A DNA stretch of 60,276 nucleotides, counting the filler, from Nemertoderma westbladi (lineage: Eukaryota; Animalia; Xenacoelomorpha), in NCBI GenBank assembly GCA_032718475.1. It is 3 parts of 3 records of this genome, joined end to end, with 100 filler letters (N's around TTAATTAATTAA, not from the genome) between each part and the next. Parts side by side here need not be neighbours in the genome. Positions count along the whole stretch, not along the records: positions 26,050 to 50,552 come from JAUCBJ010003077.1; 2 more parts are not named here. One strand, 5' to 3'. Positions 33,800-47,800 of the stretch are shown here, in pieces. The notes beneath the pieces were generated by a model. The model did not search any database, was not told where the DNA came from, and saw only the letters and a list, made by a program, of their open reading frames with translations. How positions within the stretch are numbered: position 1 is the stretch's first letter; every line of letters begins with the position of its first letter. The position numbers and the translations under genes were made by a program.

Positions 33800-36700
33800 A
33801 TGAGGTGAGCATTAGAACACTATGTGAGTATTAGAACCCTATATGAGTATTAGAACACTGTCCCCCATGCTGCCATGTGAGTGTTATAACACTATATGTG
33901 AGATTTGAACACTGAGTATTAGAACACGGTATAAAAGAGTATTAGAACACTGTATTTGAGTATTATAACACAGTATGTGAGTATTCGTATTAGAACACAT
34001 TAAGTATGTATTAGAACTCTGTAATTAAGCATTGGAACACTGTATGTGAGTATTAGAACACTGTGTGTGAGTATCAGAACACAGTATGAGTATTAGAACA
34101 ATGTATGTGAGTATTAGAACAATGTATTTGAGTATTAGAACACTGTATGTGAGCATTAGAACACTGTATGTCAGTATTAGAACACTGTATGTGAGTATTA
34201 GAAGACTGTGTGTGAGTATTAGAACACAGTATGAGTATTAGAACAATGTATGTGAGTATTAGAAGAACAATGTATTTGAGTATTAGAACACTGTATGTGA
34301 GCATTAGAACACTGTATGTCAGTATTAGAACACTGTATGTGAGTATTAGAAGACTGTGTGTGAGTATTAGAACACTATATGTGAGTATTATAACACAGTA
34401 TGTGAGTATTCGTATTAGAACGAATTAAGTATGTATTAGAACTCTGTAAGTAAGCATTAGAACACTGTATGTGAGTATTAGAACACTGTGTGTGAGTATT
34501 AGAACACTGTATGAGTATTAGAACACTGTATGTGAGTATTAGAACACTATAAGTATGTATTAGAACACTGTATGTGGGTATTAGACCACTATGTGAGTAT
34601 TAGAACACTGTATGTGAGTATTGGAACACGGTATCTGAGTATTAGAACACTAAGTATGTATTAGAACACTGTATGTGAGTATTAGAACAATGTATTTGAG
34701 TATTTGAACACTATGTAAGTATTAGAACACTGTAAGTAAGTATTAGAACACTATGTGAGTATTAGATCACTATAAGTAAATATTATAACTCTGTAAGTAA
34801 GTTTTAGAAGACTGTGTGAGTATTAGAACACTGTATTTGAGTATTATAACACAGTATGTGAGTATTCGTATTAGAACACATTAAGTATGTATTAGAACTC
34901 TGTAAGTAAGCATTAGAACACTGTGTGTGAGTATTAGAACACTGTGTGTGAGTATTAGAACACAGTATGAGTATTAGAACAATGTATGTGAGTATTAGAA
35001 CAATGTATTTGAGTATTAGAACACTGTATGTGAGCATTAGAACACTGTATGTCAGTATTAGAACACTGTATGTGAGTATTAGAAGACTGTGTGTGAGTAT
35101 TAGAACACTATATGTGAGTATTATAACACAGTATGTGAGTATTCGTATTAGAACACATTAAGTATGTATTAGAACTCTGTAAGTAAGCATTAGAACACTG
35201 TGTGTGAGTATTAGAACACTGTGTGTGAGTATTAGAACACAGTATGAGTATTAGAACAATGTATGTGACTATTAGAACAATGTATTTGAGTATTAGAACA
35301 CTGTATGTGAGCATTAGAACACTGTATGTCAGTATTAGAACACTGTATGTGAGTATTAGAAGACTGTGTGTGAGTATTAGAACACTATATGTGAGTATTA
35401 TAACACAGTATGTGAGTATTCGTATTAGAACGAATTAAGTATGTATTAGAACTCTGTAAGTAAGCATTAGAACACTGTGTGTGAGTATTAGAACACTGTG
35501 TGTGAGTATTAGAACACAGTATGAGTATTAGAACAATGTATGTGAGTATTAGAACAATGTATTTGAGTATTAGAACACTGTATGTGAGCATTAGAACACT
35601 GTATGTCAGTATTAGAACACTGTATGTGAGTATTAGAAGACTGTGTGTGAGTATTAGAACACTGTATGTGAGTATTATAACACAGTATGTGAGTATTCGT
35701 ATTAGAACACATTAAGTATGTATTAGAACTCTGTAAGTAAGCATTAGAACACTGTGTGTGAGTATTAGAACACTGTGTGTGAGTATTAGAACACAGTATG
35801 ACTATTAGAACAATGTATGTGAGTATTAGAACAATGTATTTGAGTATTAGAACACTGTATGTGAGCATTAGAACACTGTATGTCAGTATTAGAACACTGT
35901 ATGTGAGTATTAGAAGACTGTGTGTGAGTATTAGAACACTATATGTGAGTATTATAACACAGTATGTGAGTATTCGTATTAGAACGAATTAAGTATGTAT
36001 TAGAACTCTGTAAGTAAGCATTAGAACACTGTATGTGAGTATTAGAACACTGTGTGTGAGTATTAGAACACTGTATGAGTATTAGAACACTGTATGTGAG
36101 TATTAGAACAATGTTTGTGAGTATTAGAACACTGTATGTGAGTATTAGAGCACTATAATTATGTTTTAGAACATTGTATGTGATTATTAGAACACGGTAT
36201 GTGAGTATTAGAACTCTTGATGTGAGTATTAGAACACTGTATGTGAGTGTTAGAACACTGTAAGTAAGTATTAGAACACTGTGTGTGAGTATTAGAACAC
36301 TGTATGAGTATTAGAACAATGTATGTGAGTATTAGAACAATGTATTTGAGTATTAGAACACTGTAAGTAAGTATTAGAACACTATGTGAGTATTAGATCA
36401 CTATAAGTAAATATTATAACTCCGTAAGTAAGTTTTAGAAGACTGTGTGTTAGTATTAGAACACTGTATGTGAGTATTATAACACTGTATGTCAGTATTA
36501 GAACACTGTATGTCAGTATTAGAACACTGTATGTGAGTATTATAACACAGTATGTGAGTATTCGTATTAGAACACATTAAGTATGTATTAGAACACTGTA
36601 AGTAAGTATTAGAACACTGTGTGTGAGTATTAGAACACTGTATGAGTATTAGAACAATGTATGTGAGTATTAGAACAATGTATTTGAGTATTAGAACACT

Positions 36701-39700
36701 GTAAGTAAGTATTAGAACACTATGTGAGTATTAGATCACTATAAGTAAATATTATAACTCCGTAAGTAAGTTTTAGAAGACTGTGTGTTAGTATTAGAAC
36801 ACTGTATGTGAGTATTATAACACTGTATGTCAGTATTAGAACACTGTATGTCAGTATTAGAACACTGTATGTGAGTATTATAACACAGTATGTGAGTATT
36901 CGTATTAGAACACATTAAGTATGTATTAGAACACTGTGTGTGAGTATTAGAACACTGTGTGTGAGTATTAGAACACAGTATGAGTATTAGAACAATGTAT
37001 GTGAGTATTAGAACAATGTATTTGAGTATTAGAACACTGTATGTGAGCATTAGAACACTGTATGTCAGTATTAGAACACTGTATGTGAGTATTAGAAGAC
37101 TGTGTGTGAGTATTAGAACACTATATGTGAGTATTATAACACAGTATGTGAGTATTCGTATTAGAACAAATTAAGTATGTATTAGAACTCTGTAAGTAAG
37201 CATTAGAACACTGTATGTGAGTATTAGAACACTGTGTGAGTATTAGAACACTGTATGATTATTAGAACACTGTATGTGAGTATTAGAACAATGTTTGTGA
37301 GTATTAGAACACTGTATGTGAGTATTAGAGCACTATAATTATGTTTTAGAACAATGTATGTGATTATTAGAACACGGTATGTGAGTATTAGAACTCTTCA
37401 TGTGAGTATTAGAACACTGTATTGTATGTGAGTGTTAGAACACTGTAAGTAAGTATTAGAACACTATGTGAGTATTAGAACACTATAAGTAAGTATTATA
37501 ATTCTGTAAGTAAGTATTAGAACACTGTGTGTGAGTATTAGAACACAGTATGTGAGTATTAGTATTAGAACACTGTAAGTAAGTATTATAACTTGTAAGT
37601 AAGTGCTAGAACACTGTGTGTGAGTATTAGAACTCTGTATGTGAGTATTAGAACACTGTATGTGAGTATTATAACACTGAGTATTGGAACACTGTATGTG
37701 AGTATTATAACACAGTATGTGAGTATTAGTATTAGAACACTGTAAGTAAGTATGTGAGTATTAGATCACTATGTGAGTATTAGAACACTGTATGTGAGTA
37801 TTAGAACACTATGAGTATTTATTAGAACACTGTATCTGAGTATTAGTACACTTATTTGTGAGTATTAGAACACTATAAGTATGTATTAGTAGAACACTGT
37901 ATGTGAGTATTAGAATACTGTATGTGAGTATTAGAATACTGTATGTGAGTATTAGAACACTATAAGTATGTATTAGAACACTGTATGTGAGTATTAGAAC
38001 ACTATAAGTATGTATTAGAACACGGTATGTGAGTATTAGAACACTGTATGTGAGTATTAGAACATTGTATGTGAGTATTGGAACACTATAAGTATGTATT
38101 AGAACACTGTATGTGGGTATTAGAACACGGTATGTGAGTATTAGAACACTATAAGTATGTATTAGAACACTGTATGTGAGTATTAGAACACTGTATGTGA
38201 GTAATAGAACACTGTGTGTGAGCATTAGAACACTGTATGAAAGCATTAGAACACTGTATGAAAGCATTAGAACAATGTATGTGAGTATTAGAACACTGTA
38301 TGAAAGCATTAGAACACTATAAGTATGTATTAGAACACTGTATGTGAGTTTTAGACCACTATGTGGGTATTAGAACACTGTATGTGAGTATTAGAACAAT
38401 GCATGTGAGTATTATAACACAGTATGTGAGTATTAGTATTAGACCACTGTATGTGAGTATTAGAACACTATAAATATGTATTAGAACACTGTATGTGAGT
38501 ATTAGAACACGGTATGTGAGTATTAGAACACTGTATGTGAGTATTAGAACACGGTATGTGAGTATTAGAACACTATAAGTATGTATTAGAACACTGTATG
38601 TGGGTATTAGACCACTATGTGAGTATTAGAACACTGTATGTGAGTATTGGAACACGGTATCTGAGTATTAGAACACTAAGTATGTATTAGAACACTGTAT
38701 GTGAGTATTAGAACACTATAAGTATGTATTAGAACACTGTATGTGAGTATTAGAACACTGTACGTGAGCATTAAAACACTGTATGTGAGTATTAGAACAC
38801 GGTATGTGAGTATTAGAACACTGTATGTGAGTATTAGAACACTGTATGTGAGCATTAGAACACTGTATGTCAGTATTAGAACACTGTATGTCAGTATTAG
38901 AACACTGTATGTGAGTATTAGAACAATGTATGTGAGTATTATAACACAGTATGTGAGTATTAGAACAATGTATGTGAGTATTGGAACACGGTATCTGAGT
39001 ATTAGAACACTATAAGTATGTATTAGAAGAACACTGTATGTGAGTATTAGAACACTATAAGTATGTATTAGAACACTGTATGTGAGTATTAGAACACTGT
39101 ATGTGAGTATTAGAACACTGTATGTGAGCATTAGAACACTGTATGTCAGTATTAGAACACTGTATGTGAGTATTAGAACAATGTATGTGAGTATTATAAC
39201 ACAGTATGTGAGTATTAGTATTAGACCACTGTATGTGAGTATTAGAACACTATAAGTATGTATTAGAACACTGTATGTGAGTATTAGAACACGGTATGTG
39301 AGTATTAGAACACTGTATGTGAGTATTAGAACACGGTATGTGAGTATTAGAACACTATCAGTATGTATTAGAACACTGTATGTGGGTATTAGACCACTAT
39401 GTGAATATTAGAACACTGTATGTGAGTATTAGAACACGGTATCTGAGTATTAGAACACTATAAGTATGTATTAGAACACTGTATGTGAGTATTAGAACAC
39501 TATAAGTATGTATTGAACACTGTATGTGAGTATTAGAACACTGTATGTGAGCATTAGAACACTGTATGTGAGTATTAGAACACGGTATGTGAGTATTAGA
39601 ACACTGTATGTGAGTATTAGAACACTGTATGTGAGTATTAGAACACTGTATGTGAGTATTAGAACAATGTATGTGAGTATTATAACACAGTATGTGAGTA

Positions 39701-42700
39701 TTAGAACAATGTATGTGAGTATTGGAACACGGTATCTGAGTATTAGAACACTATAAGTATGTATTAGAAGAACACTGTATGTGAGTATTAGAACACTATA
39801 AGTATGTATTAGAACACTGTATGTGAGTATTAGAACACTGTATGTGAGTATTAGAACACTGTATGTGAGCATTAGAACACTGTATGTCAGTATTAGAACA
39901 CTGTATGTGAGTATTAGAACAATGTATGTGAGTATTATAACACAGTATGTGAGTATTAGTATTAGACCACTGTATGTGAGTATTAGAACACTATAAGTAT
40001 GTATTAGAACACTGTATGTGAGTATTAGAACACGGTATGTGAGTATTAGAACACGGTATGTGAGTATTAGAACACTATCAGTATGTATTAGAACACTGTA
40101 TGTGGGTATTAGACCACTATGTGAGTATTAGAACACTGTATGTGAGTATTAGAACACGGTATCTGAGTATTAGAACACTATAAGTATGTATTAGAACACT
40201 GTATGTGAGTATTAGAACACTATAAGTATGTATTAGAACACTGTATGTGAGTATTAGAACACTGTATGTGAGCATTAGAACACTGTATGTGAGTATTAGA
40301 ACACGGTATGTGAGTATTAGAACACTGTATGTGAGTATTAGAACACTGTATATGAGTATTCGAACACTGTATGTGAGTATTAGAACACTATAAGTAAGTA
40401 TTATAATTCTGTAAGTAAGTATTAGAACACTGTGTGTGAGTATTAGAACACAGTATGTGAGTATTAGTATTAGAACACTGTAAGTAAGTATTATAACTTG
40501 TAAGTAAGTGCTAGAACACTGTGTGTGAGTATTAGAACTCTGTATGTGAGTATTAGAACACTGTATGTGAGTATTATAACACTGAGTATTGGAACACTGT
40601 ATGTGAGTATTATAACACAGTATGTGAGTATTAGTATTAGAACACTGTAAGTAAGTATGTGAGTATTAGATCACTATGTGAGTATTAGAACACTGTATGT
40701 GAGTATTAGAACACTATGAGTATTTATTAGAACACTGTATCTGAGTATTAGTACACTTATTTGTGAGTATTAGAACACTATAAGTATGTATTAGTAGAAC
40801 ACTGTATGTGAGTATTAGAATACTGTATGTGAGTATTAGAATACTGTATGTGAGTATTAGAACACTATAAGTATGTATTAGAACACTGTATGTGAGTATT
40901 AGAACACTATAAGTATGTATTAGAACACGGTATGTGAGTATTAGAACACTGTATGTGAGTATTAGAACATTGTATGTGAGTATTGGAACACTATAAGTAT
41001 GTATTAGAACACTGTATGTGGGTATTAGAACACGGTATGTGAGTATTAGAACACTATAAGTATGTATTAGAACACTGTATGTGAGTATTAGAACACTGTA
41101 TGTGAGTAATAGAACACTGTATGTGAGCATTAGAACACTGTATGAAAGCATTAGAACACTGTATGAAAGCATTAGAACAATGTATGTGAGTATTAGAACA
41201 CTGTATGAAAGCATTAGAACACTATAAGTATGTATTAGAACACTGTATGTGAGTTTTAGACCACTATGTGGGTATTAGAACACTGTATGTGAGTATTAGA
41301 ACAATGCATGTGAGTATTATAACACAGTATGTGAGTATTAGTATTAGACCACTGTATGTGAGTATTAGAACACTATAAATATGTATTAGAACACTGTATG
41401 TGAGTATTAGAACACGGTATGTGAGTATTAGAACACTGTATGTGAGTATTAGAACACGGTATGTGAGTATTAGAACACTATAAGTATGTATTAGAACACT
41501 GTATGTGGGTATTAGACCACTATGTGAGTATTAGAACACTGTATGTGAGTATTGGAACACGGTATCTGAGTATTAGAACACTAAGTATGTATTAGAACAC
41601 TGTATGTGAGTATTAGAACACTATAAGTATGTATTAGAACACTGTATGTGAGTATTAGAACACTGTACGTGAGCATTAAAACACTGTATGTGAGTATTAG
41701 AACACGGTATGTGAGTATTAGAACACTGTATGTGAGTATTAGAACACTGTATGTGAGCATTAGAACACTGTATGTCAGTATTAGAACACTGTATGTCAGT
41801 ATTAGAACACTGTATGTGAGTATTAGAACAATGTATGTGAGTATTATAACACAGTATGTGAGTATTAGAACAATGTATGTGAGTATTGGAACACGGTATC
41901 TGAGTATTAGAACACTATAAGTATGTATTAGAAGAACACTGTATGTGAGTATTAGAACACTATAAGTATGTATTAGAACACTGTATGTGAGTATTAGAAC
42001 ACTGTATGTGAGTATTAGAACACTGTATGTGAGCATTAGAACACTGTATGTCAGTATTAGAACACTGTATGTGAGTATTAGAACAATGTATGTGAGTATT
42101 ATAACACAGTATGTGAGTATTAGTATTAGACCACTGTATGTGAGTATTAGAACACTATAAGTATGTATTAGAACACTGTATGTGAGTATTAGAACACGGT
42201 ATGTGAGTATTAGAACACTGTATGTGAGTATTAGAACACGGTATGTGAGTATTAGAACACTATCAGTATGTATTAGAACACTGTATGTGGGTATTAGACC
42301 ACTATGTGAATATTAGAACACTGTATGTGAGTATTAGAACACGGTATCTGAGTATTAGAACACTATAAGTATGTATTAGAACACTGTATGTGAGTATTAG
42401 AACACTATAAGTATGTATTGAACACTGTATGTGAGTATTAGAACACTGTATGTGAGCATTAGAACACTGTATGTGAGTATTAGAACACGGTATGTGAGTA
42501 TTAGAACACTGTATGTGAGTATTAGAACACTGTATGTGAGTATTAGAACACTGTATGTGAGTATTAGAACAATGTATGTGAGTATTATAACACAGTATGT
42601 GAGTATTAGAACAATGTATGTGAGTATTGGAACACGGTATCTGAGTATTAGAACACTATAAGTATGTATTAGAAGAACACTGTATGTGAGTATTAGAACA

Positions 42701-43310
42701 CTATAAGTATGTATTAGAACACTGTATGTGAGTATTAGAACACTGTATGTGAGTATTAGAACACTGTATGTGAGCATTAGAACACTGTATGTCAGTATTA
42801 GAACACTGTATGTGAGTATTAGAACAATGTATGTGAGTATTATAACACAGTATGTGAGTATTAGTATTAGACCACTGTATGTGAGTATTAGAACACTATA
42901 AGTATGTATTAGAACACTGTATGTGAGTATTAGAACACGGTATGTGAGTATTAGAACACGGTATGTGAGTATTAGAACACTATCAGTATGTATTAGAACA
43001 CTGTATGTGGGTATTAGACCACTATGTGAGTATTAGAACACTGTATGTGAGTATTAGAACACGGTATCTGAGTATTAGAACACTATAAGTATGTATTAGA
43101 ACACTGTATGTGAGTATTAGAACACTATAAGTATGTATTAGAACACTGTATGTGAGTATTAGAACACTGTATGTGAGCATTAGAACACTGTATGTGAGTA
43201 TTAGAACACGGTATGTGAGTATTAGAACACTGTATGTGAGTATTAGAACACTGTATATGAGTATTCGAACACTGTATGTGAGTATTAGAACACGGTATGT
43301 GAGTATTAGA
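33800..43310. repeat. Intronic 21-bp satellite (GTATGTGAGTATTAGAACACT)n, ~9.5 kb, with higher-order periods
   Basis: The unit is directly visible; near-identical spurious ORFs recur at 277-bp (34967/35244/35521/35798) and 2905-bp (37809/40714, 38676/41581, 39492/42397) spacing. Confidence 0.97.
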
Positions 43311-43509
43311 CCTAGGTTACCTAGGATGAATTGATCCTAAACCTTTCAATAATATTTTTCATTATATCGAGCTATTATTAAGTGCAACTATTACGAAAAT
43401 CAGCGAAATGTTGTTCCTGCATTGTCTGAGAGCGCGTTACTGTGCTATTGGGATATAGTATTAAGTATTTATAGTCATAATAATAATATTCCTCCTATAT
43501 TGTTCCCAG

Positions 43510-44677
43510 GTACATGCACACAGTAATAGCTCGAATCTTCTACAACGTGAACTCCAGTTGGAGTGGCCGGATCACCATCCCAGAACTCCGTCGCTCCAAC
43601 CTCCTCCATTACATCCAGCTCCTCGAGCAGATCGATGACATTAACGACATTAACGAATACTTCAGCTACGAACACTTCTACGTCATTTACTGCAAGTTCT
43701 GGGAGTTGGACAGCGATCACGACCTTGTTATAGACAAAAACGACTTAGCGAGACACAACGACGCCACTCTGAGCTCCCGTATCATCGACCGTATCTTTAG
43801 TGGGGCCGTTTCCCGAAGCAGTGACCACAATCGGATGACGTACCTCGAGTTTGTGTTCTTCCTGCTCGCCGAGGAGGACAAACACCATCCCAGAGCGATC
43901 GAGTTCTGGTTCCGATGTCTCGATCTCGATGGCGACGGTTTCCTCTCAATGTACGAGTTGGAGTATTTCTACGAGGACCAAATAAACCGGTTGGAGTCCG
44001 CCGGTATCGAGACTCTCCCGTTCGAGGATTGCCTCTGTCAGGTCCTCGACATGGTGAACCCGGCTACCCCCGGACGGATCGCTCTCTCGGATCTCCGTCG
44101 TTGCGGGATGACTCCGTTGTTCTTCGATACTTTCTTCAACCTCGAGAAGTACCTCGACCACGAGCAACGCGATCCGTTCGCTGTGTTGCGGGAGAGCGAC
44201 GAGGATAAGGAGCGTTCGGACTGGGAGCGGTACGCGAAGGAAGAGTACGCGAGGTTGGTGCTGGAGGAAGAGGATACCGGGGACCTCGCGGTTAGTTACG
44301 ACGACGACGACATGGAAGGCGGTGGGTCAGGAGGGAGGGTTGGAGCAGGGGATGTCGGGAGAGTTGGAGTCGGGGATGTCGGGAGGGTTGGAGTCGGGGA
44401 TGTCGGGAGGGTTGGAACCGGGGATGTCGGGAGGGTTGGAGTCGGGGAGGTCGGGAGGGTTGGAGTCGGGGAGGTCGGGAGAACCGCGCGTCTCGTCGGC
44501 GGTTCCGCTCCCTTCGATTATTTCGTTCCGTCTAGGTCGTCGGCTGTTGTTGCTAAGGGCGTTGGTACTGAGACTCCCTCCTCACCAGGGCAACCATCCG
44601 CTACTGGTGACGCTAGACTTCTCGCGCAGTTACTGAAACCCGAAGTCAATGATACAGAACAACCGAAGTCAAGTTGA
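43510..44677 (+). CDS. PPP2R3A: PP2A B'' subunit, final coding exon (two EF-hands); spliced CDS = 669 aa
   Basis: Acceptor TTCCCAG; YFSYEHFYVIYCKFWELDSDHDL, WFRCLDLDGDGFLSMYELEYFY, FFDTFFNLEKYLDHEQRDPF; exon lengths 626+216+1168=2010 nt keep frame. Confidence 0.93.
44333..44482 (+). repeat. Coding 24-bp repeat (GRVGVGDV) x6 in the PP2A B'' tail
   Basis: GGGAGGGTTGGAGTCGGGGATGTC units. Confidence 0.85.
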
Positions 44678-44914
44678 TATATAATTTATAATTATCTATT
44701 TTTATAGCCTCATTTTTATGTGTTTTAATAATCTTAGTTTAAGTTTTATTTCCGATATACACATTAGGTGCCGTATTAGTATTTGTACTTTGTAATATCC
44801 ATATTGTTTTAGTTTCACAATTGTTATCGGAACTCTAATTTGAATTTTTCCATGAATTACAATTTATATCCTAATTAACATTTTATTACATTCTTAAAAC
44901 TATTTGGTTTGGAA

Positions 44915-45202
44915 ACTACTAAACTACTACGATCGGCATGCTGCATTGCAGCTGCATTTTTAAGAATGCTGTGCCGGCTTGTCGACAAAATTGCGCCGCC
45001 ACAACTCCCTATCACCCATGACATTTGCTAGATCATCCGCATCTTCAAGGCCAGTGTCCTTTAAGATGCGTCTCAAGAAAGTCATGGGCTGTCCACCATG
45101 CTTATTCACCAGCAATGCCGCCGCTAAAGCAGCCGCCACTGGCTGCTCCTCAACCCGAAAGTAATATCCTGCAAAGCGGAGGCGGTTTTTTTCTAGTGTC
45201 AA
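44915..45202 (-). mobile_element. 3'-end fragment of a LINE (RTE-like ORF2 C-terminus)
   Basis: RLRFAGY..R...GGQP.TF...ILKDTGL...DL..VM.DRELWR, followed by a (GTA)n-like tail. Confidence 0.65.
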
Positions 45203-46166
45203 GCTTATTTATACCTAGTTATACCTTAGTTACCTTAGTTATACTATCTTAGCTATACTACCAAATGGAACTTATCGCGACAAAATCAAACAATGCCTAA
45301 CAATTTAGTGATGATATTTGGTGTGATCCTAGCTTGCGAACTTTAAAAGATTAAGTTTTGATCCAGTGGACAAAAAACTTGATAAAATTTTGGATTTTTA
45401 CTAGGCCTATGTGGGTCAAAAGTTAGTACAAAATCTGAGAGGGTGGGTTACATACCCTGGACGACTTCACATGGAATTACCCTTTTCATCTTTTATACAA
45501 ATTTTTTATGGTAAAATAATTATTATATTTAGTGAATAAATGATTAGTTTTTGCGATAAGCGATTACATTCAGTGATAAGATATAATTTTTAGTCGGTGA
45601 GTCGAAAAACCGGGTCTAGTTAAAGTTAGACTGTTTTACTCGTCTGTCTCCTCCCACTACATTAACCCTTTAACTGGTGAAAACTCATGAGTTTTGGGAG
45701 GGCCAATTCCGCTTGGTGGGAATTTTTCAAATGGTAGTATCTGACTTGGTGAGAACTCATATGAGTTTATGAGCCATCGTCTGGACTTGGTAGAGATTAT
45801 ATATAAAGCTCAAAAATAATTTATGTAAATTTAAGAATTGAATGCGGAATTATGTCAGTTTGGAATTCATAAAAAAGAATGACTTGAAAATTATTCGTAA
45901 CATTCTATCAATGTAAAAAAAATCTAAGCGTTGAATTTTTTTTTTATCGAATAAGACCAATTATTTTAAAATAACTGTGAATTAGTAAATTAGCGATAGA
46001 CTGCGTAATTTTCAACTTCAGAGGCCGTTATATGGCACGTGTAACACTTTAAGGAATTAAAGGTCCACGATTTCGGTCAAAGTTGTAAAATTTGAACCGC
46101 TGAACGGATTTCTGTCATTCAAGTATCGTTCGAAATTAATTTTTTTGTTCTTTAACATATATAAAT

Positions 46167-46785
46167 TGTAGGGCGAGCCACGAAGTGAGCGAAGCCTTAG
46201 CATATGGGTGCCATTAACGAGTTGTCTGACGTCGTCGTCGTGTATTTTTGATCGCTAATAACTCGGTTATTCCTTGATGAAATTAAACGAAACTTGGTAC
46301 GTATGTAGTCCGGCAAAAGATTAGAAAGAATCGGAAGTTTGGTAAAAAAAAAACGAACGAACGCAACGAGTTTACAGTGGATACGAGTATTCATCTGCCA
46401 TAAATCAGCATCGCTCACAGTTTCGAGACTTTGCATAGTTATAGAGGTCGTTATTCTCCGTTTAGGAAAATTATTTTAATATATAACATGACGAGCGCAA
46501 CGAGGCTAATGAAGGAGAAGAGTATTGTAAAACTAAAAATGTCATACTTAACTTACTGTAAATAGCCCTAGTTAGAATATTTACAAATGACAGTTAAAGT
46601 CTGTAAGGGCAAACTGAAATGGATCTCTGTTTTTACTTCTAGTTTATCACAAACTGATAGCATTGCCTTCACTCATTTTGGGAAAGATGGTTTTCGTATA
46701 TGTAATAGAGATTAATATAAAATACTTTCTAATATATGCTAATAACATAGGCTCTGGTGCTGCGCGAAGGGCCCACGAACGTGTA
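46167..46785 (+). mobile_element. Third, shorter member of the HINE-like family
   Basis: Same head GGGCGAGCCACGAAGTGAG, (GTC)n, AAACTTGGTAC core and tail GTGCTGCGCGAAGGGCCCACGAACGTGT. Confidence 0.65.
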
Positions 46786-47800
46786 AAATTGTAGCACATA
46801 TTTAATTATACACAACATGAGAATGTAAATTCCAAAATACATAAAAACGTAGACTTGTCGTAGACTAGTAATGTTTACATACATCTAGTGTTATGCAAGT
46901 CCTTCTGTTATATTTATAATACCACGTATATTAAAAAATGTTCGATATTTCAATATTTAACAAAATGCATTTTGGTTAACTCCAAATCAAATTGAATTTA
47001 ACTACATAAATAAATCGTCTACAGTCTATTATATTTTGTACGTCGTAACTCGTAATCTATTATTTTCTAAAACAAATTTATTTTGATATGTATTATTAGT
47101 AAGTTAATTTCCGATTTATATCCAGTTTCCTTCCCGGCCAATCTCTTATTATAAAAATATAACTCCAACTCAGGACAAATTTCAGTTCACCCAAATATTT
47201 ATTTAAACAATAAATTATACATTGGATAACAGTAATTGTACAGAACTAAACGATTTCAAAACGAAGGCAAAAACACAGAAAGTCTACACCTTAGCCTTTC
47301 CACCGTAACTCACTTCCGACCACGCGCCTCTGAAATTTATTAATAATTTTATTATTATTATTATAGGCACTCGGCTCTATAGAAATATTTGCTTTATTAT
47401 TATCACAGTATAATATTAACTCACTATTTTACAAGTGTGTTACCCCCCCCCCCCCCCCCCGGGTCGATTGGGTGTCTTTATATCCCAGGGGTCTTTATAT
47501 CCCAGGGGTCTTTATATCCCATCTTAAAAAAAGCCTTAAAAATGGGTCTTTATATCCCAAGGGTCTTTATATCCCAGGGGTCTTTATATCCCATTTCTAC
47601 ACTAAAAGCGAGTCTTTATATCCCAGGGGTCTTTATATCCCAAGGGGCTTTATATCCCAAGGGGCTTTATATCCCAGGGGGTTTTATATCCAGTAGGTCC
47701 TTTTTGTAATGGTCCCGCAACTTTTCAATAAATATACTTCTGAGGAAATATAACAATAACTAGTATAATAATTAAGGATAACAATTAATTATTAAAATAT

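Noticed and set aside
34074-43334. Many ORFs of the SIRTLYV / LILTYSV type
   Set aside because: By-products of a 21-bp (7-codon) satellite within an intron
45662-45680. piggyBac-like TTAA-CCCT terminus
   Set aside because: No matching AGGG-TTAA end found nearby
47389-47709. ORFs in the foldback arms
   Set aside because: Translations of 17-bp modular repeats
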